A DNA stretch of 63,648 nucleotides, filler included, from Octopus bimaculoides (Eukaryota): NCBI RefSeq assembly GCF_001194135.2. It is 3 parts of 3 records of this genome, joined end to end, with 100 filler letters (N's around TTAATTAATTAA, not from the genome) between each part and the next. Parts side by side here need not be neighbours in the genome. Positions count along the whole stretch, not along the records: positions 17,107 to 32,835 come from NC_068986.1; positions 32,936 to 63,648 come from NC_068989.1; 1 more part is not named here. The stretch is one strand, 5' to 3'. The stretch's first letter is position 1. Every line of letters starts with the position of its first letter. Below are positions 28,317 to 39,639 of this stretch, piece after piece. The notes below the pieces were generated by a model. That model was not told where the DNA came from. It searched no databases and was given only the letters and a program-made list of their open reading frames with translations. Position numbers and translations under genes: made by a program.

Positions 28317-28845
28317 CATACATACATTCATACATACATTTAAACGGAAGGAATATTAGTGGGAACGTTTCCAAGAAAGGTTCAGTTATATAGAGACGCA
28401 CTAGGTCTGATAAGCAACGTTGTGTATTGCTTTCGGAGTCAGTTGCTCCGCATATACGAACATTTCAGTAAATATCGGTAACTAAAAAATTTTAATGGAG
28501 AGCTATATCGGAACTTATGTCGTCTCTATTGAGATGATAAAATTGTATTTGTACTCATAACCATTAGTTCACTTTGTTGTATTATTGAAGTACTGAAATA
28601 ATAACATAAAAAAGTTGCGGTCATAGACAATAAAACGGTAAAAAGGACTCGTTAACACACATATAGCAAATTCAATTTGTAAACATAGCAGCACAAATAT
28701 GCAAAAGTATTCCAAAATTTAACATGTAATTCATTAGTGTGGTTGGTAGCTGAATTCCAGCGACGTAGCTTGCTTCTTTGTTAGAAACAAACCAGTCCTC
28801 TTTTTTTTATTATTTGAAGAATCCAGAAAATTAGGATAGAAATAC

Positions 28846-28890
<45 letters not shown>

Positions 28891-29904
28891 ACACAGCTAT
28901 ATATATNNNNNNNNNNNNNNNNNNNNNNNNNNNNNNNNNNNNNNNNNNNNNNNNNNNNNNNNNNNNNNNNNNNNNNNNNNNNNNNNNNNNNNNNNNNNNN
29001 NNNNNNNNNNNNNNNNNNNNNNNNNNNNNNNNNNNNNNNNNNTATATATATATATATATATATTCTCAGCAAAATACCGCCTCATTAATCTGTTTCGGTG
29101 TATTTATATCAAAATAGCAGGGCATTGCATAGATTAAATGTTTTATAACATAACTCAGAACGTATAACCTTACAATGTCGCATTTTTAAGAGGCCGTTGG
29201 AATCCCCTGCAGCAAAAAGAACAGATTCTCTTGCTCATTCTAGCTATATGATTCTATGTACTTTAGTGTGTGAAATATCAATTGAAAATAGAAGCATTTT
29301 ATATTAAAGGAAATGGTGCCACGCTTCAGTCCAACATCCCTATATTAGTTTGTGCATGAGAAGGTGAATTAATGCGTTTTTGTATCTGCACCATGTCTCA
29401 CTCTGTATTATGTGTGTGAGTATCTGTATATGTGTATGTATGTATTTATGTATGTAAGTATAAATATATGCATATATGTCTGTGCGTATGTGTGCTTCCA
29501 TAGGCCTTGGTATTTCAATGCGTATAGTTGGGGTTGCATATGTATGTGTCCCGTTGTTTATATGGCCTCATTTGTTCTTGTGTACGAGTTTGTGTGTGTG
29601 AACTTGCGTGCGTTTGTGAATGTGTTTGTTTGTATGTGTTGCAGGCTGCCGGGGAATTGTAATATCTCCCCTCACGCCGCCACACTCATTGCAGACATCT
29701 TCCAGCCCACATGTTTAATCGAAGCCCCATGTGGGAGTTTCCATTACATTCTGTTGCCTGCGTGAAACTGTAAAGATATTTGAAGAACGTTTGCAAGCAT
29801 TGATTACAGGTGTAAAGTAGATAGAGATAAATATGAAGATGATAGCGGTAAGTCATAGATGGGGGAACACACAGGGAGGAAGATAATGAGAGAGGAAGAA
29901 TTTA

Positions 29905-30028
29905 AAGAAAGAAAGAAAGGAAGAAAGAAAGAAAGGAAGAAAGAAAGGAAGAAAGGAAGAAAGAAAGAAAGAAAGAAAGGAAGAAAGGAAGGAAGGAAGA
30001 AAGAAAGAAAGAAAGAAAGACAGAATGA

Positions 30029-30064
<36 letters not shown>

Positions 30065-30112
30065 AAAAACGAAAGAAAGAAAGAAAAAACGAAAGAAAGA
30101 AAGAAAAATGGA

Positions 30113-30158
<46 letters not shown>

Positions 30159-30325
30159 AAAAGGAAGGAAGGAAGAAGAAAGAAAGAAAAAAGAAAGAAA
30201 GAAAGATAGGAAGAAAGAAAGAGAGAAAGAATTAAGAGAAAGAGAAAAAAGAAAGAAAGAAATAAAGAAATGAGAGAAACAAAGGCAGAAAGAAAAAAGA
30301 AACGAAAGAAAGAAAGAAAGAAGGA

Positions 30326-30365
<40 letters not shown>

Positions 30366-30674
30366 CAGAAAGAAAGGAGAGAAAGAAAGAAAGAACGTGA
30401 GAATGAAAGAAAGAGAGAAAAAAGGAAAGAACAAAAGAAAGAACGATAGAAAGGAAGAACGAAAGAAAGGAGAGAAAGAAAGAAGGAGAGAAAAAAGAAA
30501 ACGAAAGAAAGAAAGAAAGAAATAAAGAAAGAGAGAACGTGAGAATGAAAGAAAGAGAGCAAGAAGGAAAGAGAGAAAGAATTAAGAGAAAGAGAATAAA
30601 GAAAGAAGGAAATAAAGAAATGAGAGATACAAAGCAGAAAGAAAAAAGAAACAAAAGAAAGAAAGAAAGAAGGA

Positions 30675-30721
<47 letters not shown>

Positions 30722-30849
30722 GAGAGAAAGAAATAAAGAACGTGAGAATGAAAGAAAGAGAGAAAAAAGGAAAGAACAAAAGAAAGAACGATAGAAAGGA
30801 AGAACGAAAGAAAGCAGAGAAAGAAAGAAGGAGAGAAAAAAGAAAACGA

Positions 30850-30881
<32 letters not shown>

Positions 30882-31149
30882 GAGAACGTGAGAATGAAAG
30901 AAAGAGAGAAAGAAGGAAAGAGAGAAAGAATCAAGAGAAAGAGAATAAAGAAAGAAGGAAATAAAGAAATGAGAGAAACAAAGGCAGAAAGAAAAAAGAA
31001 ACGAAAGAAAGAAAGAAAGAAAGAAAGAAACAAACAAACAAATAAAGAGAGAATGTGAGAATGAAAGAAAGAGAGAAAGAAGGAAAGAACAAAAGAAAGA
31101 ACGATAGAAAGGAAGAACGAAAGAAAGAAGGAGAGAAAAAAGAAAACGA

Positions 31150-31193
<44 letters not shown>

Positions 31194-31260
31194 ACGAGAG
31201 AAAAGAAGGACTGAAAGAAGATGCAGAAAGGAGAAATAGGCAGAAAGAATAGTGAAAGAA
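29905..31260. repeat. (GAAA)n-derived polypurine satellite with higher-order units
   Basis: About 1.35 kb almost purely A/G on the + strand. The marker A(C/T)GTGAGAATG recurs at 30395, 30537, 30740, 30886 and 31053. Confidence 0.93.
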
Positions 31261-31439
31261 GACAAAGAGAAGGCAAAATATGTTTTAAGAAGTGTAGACT
31301 GTCATGGATGGAAGACATATTTAGGCAAGGAAAATGAAGAAAAAATGTAGAGAAGAGAAATAAGATGCTAGAAATAACAGCGATTTAAGTAAGACCAAGA
31401 AGGCTAACTAGCAAGCTATCGGTCTGTCTCTCAGTCTAT

Positions 31440-31560
31440 TTAATCTCCGACTTTGCCTTTCATCCTTTCGGGGTCGATAAATTAAGTACTAGTTACATAG
31501 TGGTGTCAGTCTAATCGACTGGCCCCCTCCCCCAAAATATCAGGCCTTGTGCCTAGAAAA
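31440..31560 (+). mobile_element. SINE family A 3' part
   Basis: CTTTGCCTTTCATCCTTTCGGGGTCGATAAATTAAGTAC...CAGGCCTTGTGCCT. Confidence 0.7.
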
Positions 31561-31577
31561 GAGAAAAATATGCCCAC

Positions 31578-31825
31578 GGGCATATGGCGTAGTGGTTAAG
31601 AGCGCGGGCTACTAACCCCAAGATTCCGAGTTCGATTCACGGCAGCGACCTGATTAATAATAATAATAATATAATAATAGTAACATCGTTCGGAATGAGA
31701 ACCCAGGTTCGAAATTTCCCCAAGACACCTGACGAAGGCTGGAGGGTATATCAGACGAAACGTTGTGTTAACAACAAACAAGATGAGGACAAATATCGTC
31801 AAATATAAATAATGTAAATAATACA
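31578..31825 (+). mobile_element. tRNA-derived SINE containing a hammerhead ribozyme motif
   Basis: A-box TGGCGTAGTGG and B-box GAGTTCGATTC, a (TAA)n spacer, then a body with a hammerhead and an AT-rich tail. The acceptor stem does not pair, so this is not a tRNA gene. Confidence 0.75.
31724..31769 (+). ncRNA. Minimal type I hammerhead ribozyme (Penelope-type)
   Basis: Stem I GACAC/GUGUU, core CUGACGA plus one extra A, stem II GGCUG/CAGAC (1 mismatch), GAAA, palindromic ACGU stem III, cleavage triplet GUU. Confidence 0.65.
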
Positions 31826-32407
31826 TTTTTATATCATGAATACAGCACACTAACAACTAAAATATGCTTCTTTGCAGAATCATTTGAAGTACTGAATTGA
31901 AAATTCATTGTATCGACCCCGGAAGAAAACCTGACAGGTTTTGAACTCTGACCATGAAGCGTCGAAAATAATATCGCAAAGCATTTTACTTGATGCTCTA
32001 ACGAAATAATCTGCGTTCGACCATTCCGGAATTGCCTCTTCAATTATTCATATACGAGCGACAAAATTCTATATGAAATTCCATTCAGAATTACGGGGTC
32101 GGTAAAATAAATACCACTGGAGCAGTAGAGTTGATGTAATCGAGTTACACTCTCCCTCTGGATTGCTGGCTTTGTATCGAACGTGAAAGGCTTTTCCATT
32201 CTTCCTGGGTGTCGAACAAATACACTTGTTTGTTGTTCCTTTACCTGTCTTCGTCCTTTAATTTCTGTAAATTTGAACTATATATATATGTATGTGAGTG
32301 AGTGAGTGAGTGTATGTGTGTGTGTGTGTGTGTGTGTGTATAAATTTATATAAAGCGAGTGAGAGAGACAGGGACAGACAGACAGATAGGCAGACAGAGA
32401 CAGATAT

Positions 32408-32820
32408 TCTTTTACTCTTGTACTCTTTTACTTGTTTCATTCATTTGACTGAGGCCATGCTGGACCACCCTCTTTAGTCGAGGAAATAGACCCCAGGACT
32501 TATTCTTTGGAAGCCTAGTACTTATTCTATCGGTCTCTTTTGTCGAACTGTTCATTTACGGGGATATAAACACACCAGCATTGGTTGTCAAGCGATGTTG
32601 GGGGATGGGGTACAAGCACAGACACACAAACACGCACATATATATACATATACAAATATACGATAGGCTTCTTTCAGTTTCCGTCTACCAAATCCACTCA
32701 CAAGGCTTTGGTCAGCCCGAGGTTATAGTAGAAGACACTTGCTCAAGGTGCCACGCAGTGGGACTGAACCCAGAACCATGTGTGTGGTTGGTAAGCAAGC
32801 TACTTACCACACACCCACTC
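32408..32820 (-). mobile_element. SINE family B
   Basis: Reverse complement of 18457-18890. Confidence 0.8.
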
Positions 32821-32935
32821 TAGAGGAATATATATNNNNNNNNNNNNNNNNNNNNNNNNNNNNNNNNNNNNNNNNNNNNTTAATTAATTAANNNNNNNNN
32901 NNNNNNNNNNNNNNNNNNNNNNNNNNNNNNNNNNN

Positions 32936-33101
32936 GGGTGCGAACAATAAGGTTGGAGGCGGTGGCGGGGAGATGGGAGGAGAGGATGAGGTCATGGATA
33001 GTGGAGGACACAGTCTGTTGGTAGCTGGGCGTGGGGTCGGAGGGCAGAGGGCGGTAGAATGAGGTATCTCGAAGTTGACGGAGAGCTTCGGCCTCGTAGG
33101 T
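32936..33101 (-). mobile_element. Penelope-like element reverse transcriptase N-terminal fragment
   Basis: YEAEALRQLRDTSFYRPLPSDPTPSYQQTV...LPATASNLIVRT matches the PLE pre-RT pattern Y..EA.RQL.D...Y..L..DPT. It is a GC-rich island truncated by a gap. Confidence 0.75.
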
Positions 33102-34099
33102 ATATATAAGTATATATGTAGTATATATATATATATAAATATATACATGTGTGTATGTGTGTGTGTGTGTGAGAGAGTGTGTATGTATGCATATGAGTGT
33201 GCGCCTGTGTGCCTGAATGTTGACATTCCATCTTCTACTCATTACTGTCTCAGCAAAATGGTGTCATGATGGCTTACATTTCTTTTTAAGAGCATAGCTG
33301 CTCACTTTGCACTTTTGACAACTGATGGAATCAGAGACCTCTCTTAATTGTAAAACAGGTAAGGGTCGGTGGCAGGGAAAGCATCCAGTCATAAAATACT
33401 GCCTAAAATAAGTAACTAACTGTACCCCACCCAATCCAAGCTTGCTTGGAAGGTAAAAGAAACAGGTGATATATTTCAAGATTTTTCTTGTGCACAGTGT
33501 TACTAATAACCTGCTGTTGGAACTCAATATACATAGGCTTCATAAGAAAGCATTAGACAAGTAGAGAGTGTTATATGAGATTAATGGAATGAATAGGAAA
33601 CAGGGATTACATAATCAACTTCAATAGCTTACAGCTGTTTCTGCTATCATCATCTGCCACACTATATTCACCCAAGTGCAGTTATTTACTCACCCACCTC
33701 TTCTGTTCTTCTCACCTACTCTCTCTTTCATATTCTCTGTCAATCTTTCCAGATGAGAAAGCCATGTATTCACCTCTTCAGCAAGACGCCTGCTCCTGTT
33801 CCTCTATCATACTTTCATATCTCTCCATTCTATAACCTACTCAGTTGAGGTGTCTTGTTATATAGGTACTTGGTGATCCCCGCCGGTGCTGGTGCCATGA
33901 AAAAAAGCACCACTAAGCATTGTGAAGTGGTTGGTGTTAGAAAGAAAATCCAGCTGCAGAAACCATGCCAAAGCAGACACTAGAACTCAGCGCAACTCTT
34001 TGGCTTGTCAGTTCATGTCAAACTCTCCAACCCATGCCAGCATAGAAAAATGGATGTTAAATAATGATGATGATGATAAAGAAAAGAGGACAGGACTCT

Positions 34100-34800
34100 G
34101 CTAACATTTACTAAATAGCTATGCTCAGTATGCAGAGAAGGAGTAGGTAGGAACTCCATACAGTGCACAGGCTGTGAACTATGGTTTCACAAGATTACAG
34201 TCTGATGATGAGTAAAGACTTAGTATGCAGAAGATGTACAGGGGTAGTTAATAATCAAAACTCAACTAAAATAACTTTTCTTCGGTACTTGGAATGCTCA
34301 ATAGAAGTAGTTGATAGTTTCTGGGCCAGAATAAACACAGGGTAAAGGACGTTCAGGATGCCATCACCTCTTGCTGACAAGAAGAAGGTTCTTTTTATTG
34401 ACCAAAAAGTAGATTGTATGTTGCTTGTGTATGATGTGTGATGCTGCACAATAGTGAGAGTCAGGCACTAAAAGCAGAGAATAATGAAGCAAGCATTTTC
34501 CACTGGATGTATAATGTTAGTGTGAGTGATGTGGAGCAGACAAGCTGAGAGATGAACTAGGAGGTAAGATAAATTAACTGATGTGTGCAAGAACAAAGAC
34601 TCTGTCAGTGTGGCTATGTGATGCACATAGAAGATAACAGATGGATAAAAAGATGCCAGGATATCCAAGTGAAGGTAAACTGTGAAAGAGGAAAAACAAG
34701 GAAGACCATGTCAAAAGTGGTGAAAGCTGATCTCAAGACATAAAAGAGATGAAAAAAGAATGTAACAAATAGTGACACATGTTGGAGAACACCTGCACAA
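34100..34800 (+). mobile_element. Old RTE-clade LINE 3' fragment
   Basis: Decayed homolog of 35398-36050 and 60394-60565 (Cys-rich insert, then post-RT region). Confidence 0.55.
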
Positions 34801-34815
34801 CGCCTGCAATACATA

Positions 34816-35397
34816 TATTGGGTCATCCAATATATAATGTGTTTTTTTTCAGTTGCATGAACTAAAAGTCAGAGGGGGATAAACTACCTGCATCAACTTG
34901 CTATAATAGCAGGTAGTAATTTTACCTTGTTCTTATTCTTAGTGCAAGTTTTGAAGAGTGCATTTCGATTTTAACGGTTATTTTTCAAAGCTATAATGGA
35001 AGCAGCAAAGGAGCATATTCAACATATTTTGCTTTATGAGTTCAATAAAGACAACGAAAAGGAAAGTGCAACGAAAATTAATGCAGTATATGGGGATCGG
35101 ACAATAAGCATAAGCCAGTGTTAACAGTGGTTCCAGAAATTCTGAACCTAGAAGACAAACCTCATCCTAGGAGATCTGTAGAGCTTGATGAGGACACCCT
35201 GCAAACCCTGACGGAACAAAATCCCATCATACGTGTTGAGGAACTTCAAGAGAAGTTTGGACTTGATCATTCAACCATTCATCAACACTTGCGTGCCATT
35301 GGAAAAGTCAGCAAATTGGGTCAATGGGTTCCTCACAAACATTCCAAGCCTAATTGCACAGAGAGAGTAAATGTCTGCTCTTCTTTGCTGTCACACA
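34816..35397 (+). mobile_element. Mariner transposon, left TIR and transposase N-terminus
   Basis: TA followed by TATTGGGTCATCC TIR, matching the right TIR of the 61.3-62.3 kb copy. HTH region KEHIQHILLYEFNK and KLGQWVPHK. Confidence 0.85.
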
Positions 35398-36050
35398 GAG
35401 TTTAGTGTCCAATGAAGGAAAGGTATGCATAAGTGGGCTGGTTACACCCCTGGCAGAGGCTTCGGATTATGGTCTCACTTGGCTTGCCAGGTCTTCTCAA
35501 GCACAACATATTTCCAAAGGTCTCGGTCACAAATCATTGCCTCGGTGAGGCCTAATGTTCGAAGGTTGTGCTTCACCACCTCATCCCAGGTCTTCCTGGG
35601 TCTACCTCTTCCACAGGTTCCCTCAACTGCTAGGGTGTGGCACTTTTTCACACAGCTATCCTCATCCATTCTCACCACATGACCATACCAGCGCAATCGT
35701 CTCTCTTACACACCACAACTAATGCTTCTTAGGTTCAACTTTTCTCTCAAGGTACTTACACTCTGTCGAGTATGCACACTGACATTACACATCCATCGGA
35801 GCATACTGGCTTCATTCCTTGCGAGCTTACGCATGTCCTCAGTAGTCACAGCCATGTAGCATGGCTGTTCGTAAACATGCGTCATACAGTCTGCCTTTCA
35901 CTCTGAGTGAGAGCTTTGTCACCAGCAGAGGTAAGAGCTCTCTGAACTTTGCCCAGGCTATTCTTATTCTAGCAGCTACACTTTCAGCGCACCCTCCCCC
36001 ATTACTAACTTGGTCACCTAGATAGCGGAAGCTATCAACTACGTCTAAAT
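35398..36050 (-). mobile_element. RTE-clade LINE 3' fragment
   Basis: VVDSFRYLGD, ARIRIAWAKFRELLPLL, RWYGHVVRM, GRGRPRKTW. Confidence 0.9.
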
Positions 36051-36084
36051 ATAGATAATATATAAATATATGCATATATACATG

Positions 36085-36540
36085 CATATATGGTTACAGG
36101 ACATCAAAAAAACGTGAACAAATTGAGAAACAAGAACATAAAAAACAAAAATACAGAAATGAGACAGACGACATAAAGAACATTCCCTTCATTAGTTGTC
36201 CCCTGTTTTATCTACTCCGCGTTTCGAAGGTAGGGACAAGACGCGACTTTGTTAAAACAGTCCTTCCCGCAAAGCAAATAATATGAAATTTGGGATTTTT
36301 TGCGGAGTGTTAAAGAGGTAAGAAAAACAGGATAGTGAGAACAAAACAATAAAAACAAACGGTGAGGGTTGTTAAGCCATGACGAGGTGAAGTGGTGAAC
36401 GCTGGAAAAATGATCTTTGAGAAGAGACAGGCAAAAGCATGTCTTGTCTTTAGGAAGGAAGTGGAAGAAAGGAAGATAGATAGCCATTGGTCACGTGTGA
36501 GCAATGAGAGAATCAAGAAGGAAGAGTGAGAGAGAGAGAA
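36085..36540. mobile_element. Interspersed repeat related to 50694-51717 (probable Penelope-like terminal repeat)
   Basis: Shares GGTTACAGGACATCA, CCTTCAT(T/C)AGTTG, GCAAAGCAAAT and AAATTTGGGATTTT blocks with the 50.7 and 51.5 kb copies. Confidence 0.5.
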
Positions 36541-36699
36541 GGAATGGTGAAGGGGAGAGGAGAAGAAAAGGGAAAGGGTGGGAGAGAAAAACAGAAAGGA
36601 AGATGTACACATATATGTGTATGTATGTATATATATATATATATACATACACACACACACACACATATATATTTCGTTTATTGTATTTTTTTAATGACT

Positions 36700-37757
36700 T
36701 CTGTCGATATAATGATTTTTTTCCTTTTGACATTTGATAGCCGTTAATTTTAGCTTACTTTAGAAGCAAATTGCACATAATTTTGTTAGTTCAATATCAG
36801 TTTTAACAAGGAGTGCAAAAACGAACATTTTTGCCATATTTTGCTTTTTTTATTTCGATAAAGGCAAGAAAGCTGCTGAGGCTCACAAAGAGATATGTGA
36901 AGTTTATGGTATTGATTGCCTAACAGAATGCACATGTCAGAAATGGTTTTAAAAATTCCATTCTGGAGACTTTTCACTCAAAGATGACCAACGTTTTCAT
37001 CGACCTACTAAGGTTGATGATGACCAAATCAAAGCCATAATTCAATCTGATTGTCATACAACTGTGTAAGAGATTGCAGAGAGGTTAAATGTATCACACA
37101 CAACTGGAAATCAGTTAAAATGTCTTGGACTTGCTGAGAAGCTCAATGTTTGGGTTCCACATAAATTGAAAGAGATTCACTTAACACAAAGAATCAATAT
37201 TTGCGATATGCATCTCAAAAACGCAATGAAATCACCCTTTTTTTGAAACAAATCATCACTGGTGATGAAAAATGGATTGTCTACAATAACATCAATCAAA
37301 AACAATCACAGTCCAAGCATAATGAACCAGCACAAACCTAATCGAAAACCGAGTTGCATTAAAAAATGGTTATGCCGTCAATTTGGTGGGATTACAAAGG
37401 TGTTGTGTATTTTGAGCTGCTTCCAAGGAACCAAGCAATCAATTCAGATGTTTACTGTCAACAACTAATGAAACTGGAGGAAGCAATCAAAGAAAAATGG
37501 CCAGAATTGGCAAATCATAAAGGAATTGTGTTCCACCATGACAGTGCTATACCACACGTCTTTGCTAACTTGTGAAAACTTATTGGAGCTTGGTTGGGAA
37601 GTGATGTCACATCCACCATATAGCCCTGATCTTGCACCATCAGATTACCATTTATTTTGAAGCTTGCAAAATTCTTTGAAAGGTAAAACTAGCAATAATG
37701 ATGATGACCTGAAATCACACTTGCTTCAGTTTTTCGCTGATAAGTACAAGAAGTTCT
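36700..37757 (+). pseudogene. Mariner (D,D34D) transposase, near full length, decayed
   Basis: WVPHKL, ITGDEKWIVY, VFHHDSAIPH, HPPYSPDLAPSDYHLF, with stops and frameshifts. A different subfamily from the 34.8 and 61.3 kb copies. Confidence 0.92.
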
Positions 37758-38121
37758 NNNNNNNNNNNNNNNNNNNNNNNNNNNNNNNNNNNNNNNNNNN
37801 NNNNNNNNNNNNNNNNNNNNNNNNNNNNNNNNNNNNNNNNNNNNNNNNNNNNNNNNNNNNNNNNNNNNNNNNNNNNNNNNNNNNNNNNNNNNNNNNNNNN
37901 NNNNNNNNNNNNNNNNNNNNNNNNNNNNNNNNNNNNNNNNNNNNNNNNNNNNNNNNNNNNNNNNNNNNNNNNNNNNNNNNNNNNNNNNNNNNNNNNNNNN
38001 NNNNNNNNNNNNNNNNNNNNNNNNNNNNNNNNNNNNNNNNNNNNNNNNNNNNNNNNNNNNNNNNNNNNNNNNNNNNNNNNNNNNNNNNNNNNNNNNNNNN
38101 NNNNNNNNNNNNNNNNNNNNN

Positions 38122-38265
38122 NTGGCGTTAGGAAGGGCATCCAACTGTAGAAACTCTGCCAGATCAAATTGGAGCCTGGAGCAGCCATCTGGCTCACCAG
38201 TCCCCAGTCAAACCGTCCAACCCATGCCAGCATGGAAAGCGGACGCTAAACGATGACGATGATGA
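38122..38265 (+). mobile_element. RTE-type 3' tail fragment ending in (GAT)n
   Basis: Matches the reverse complement of 51870-52020, the 3' end of the RTE copy. Confidence 0.7.
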
Positions 38266-38729
38266 GGAGGATGGTGCGTGCGTGCGTGCGTGCGTGTGTG
38301 TATGTGTGTGTGTGTATCCACGACAGGACAATCTAAGGTTAGGCTGCTTTTTCAGTGTGTAAAATAAGGAAAAAACCATAAAGACGAAATTAAGAAAAAA
38401 ACAAAAAAAAATATTTGCTGCTGTAACCAGACGTTCTTGTGAAGACACACATGTCAATTGAAGGTGCGTATGTCACACATTAGTATACTACAGTTCACGT
38501 TCTAGTTGGACGAACTCCCCCTCTCACTTTCTCATACACCTCACGGTATATAGATTTTTCTCTATGATGCAGACAGACAAATAGTGCGTGCATTATATAC
38601 AACAATAGATAGGAATCGTCTCTTATAAACAACATTCAAAATACATAGTGGCACAAATATGTACGCAGAGCATTGCTGTATCTGCATATGGGTGAGGTTG
38701 TGTGTGTATGTGTGTGTGTGTGTGTATGT

Positions 38730-38767
<38 letters not shown>

Positions 38768-39588
38768 TTCTGTGTGTGAGGTGGTGCATTTTTAATGAAA
38801 GTGTTTCGTGTTTATATGAAGCTGCTCCTCGTTGTCTGTACCGAAACATGCATGTATATACATATTTATATACATAGATATACATACATATTTGAAATGC
38901 GCACATTCACACATTACATGCATATGTGTATGCAAATGCATTTTAGAGCATTATTTGTAAATATTAATGCATTGTTTGGAGCACGTGTTAATCTGCATGA
39001 AACCGTTTCTAAAAAGCTATAAAGCTATATCAACACATTCATGCACACGTGTGCGTGTGTATAGGACATATGAGAAAGTGATGCAGAAATACATCACATT
39101 CTTGGGCAAGAATTTCCTGGGATCACAGAAAAATGTTTGCACGTATTTAAGGCCAGCATCCACATTTAGAAAGGGGTCTCCCGGGAAAGAAACTTTGTAT
39201 CCCGCGATGAAATTCCTCACAAAGACACTGTGTATGAGCGTGTTGAGTACACAGATATACATACATACATACATACACTCGCAAAGGCGCATTGAAATAA
39301 ACATATAACATCGATCAAAACTATAAATAGCAAATTCATGCAGACAAACACGTGCACTCAGATATGCAATAACACGCATACACACACACGTGTCCTATTA
39401 TACCTATAGGTGCACTTTGGAAAAGCATACATACTACCCTGGGGGAGGACGCGAGGGGGACTGACAGGACATATCATGCTGAACATCTATATTCAAATGT
39501 AACCGCCCCTTTCACTCGGAAACAGAACTGCTAGACGACAAAGAAATCGAGATACTGGGTTGTACAGATTGGCAGAGAGCATTGTGTG

Positions 39589-39639
<51 letters not shown>

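Noticed and set aside
28690-28800. Minus-strand WFVSN...VAGI peptide resembling tetraspanin TM4
   Set aside because: An in-frame stop lies immediately upstream and there is no pyrimidine-rich acceptor.
29645-29765. GC-richer patch after a plus-strand ttgcag acceptor-like site
   Set aside because: All frames close quickly, there is no good donor and no recognisable homology. It may be regulatory, but this is unsupported.
29804-31318. Long F/L/S-rich and K/E/R-rich ORFs (up to 504 aa)
   Set aside because: These are translations of the (GAAA)n satellite.
31578-31650. Possible tRNA-Ser(ACT) gene
   Set aside because: The acceptor stem does not pair and the sequence continues into a repeat body, so it is a SINE head. 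The same applies to 6192-6265.
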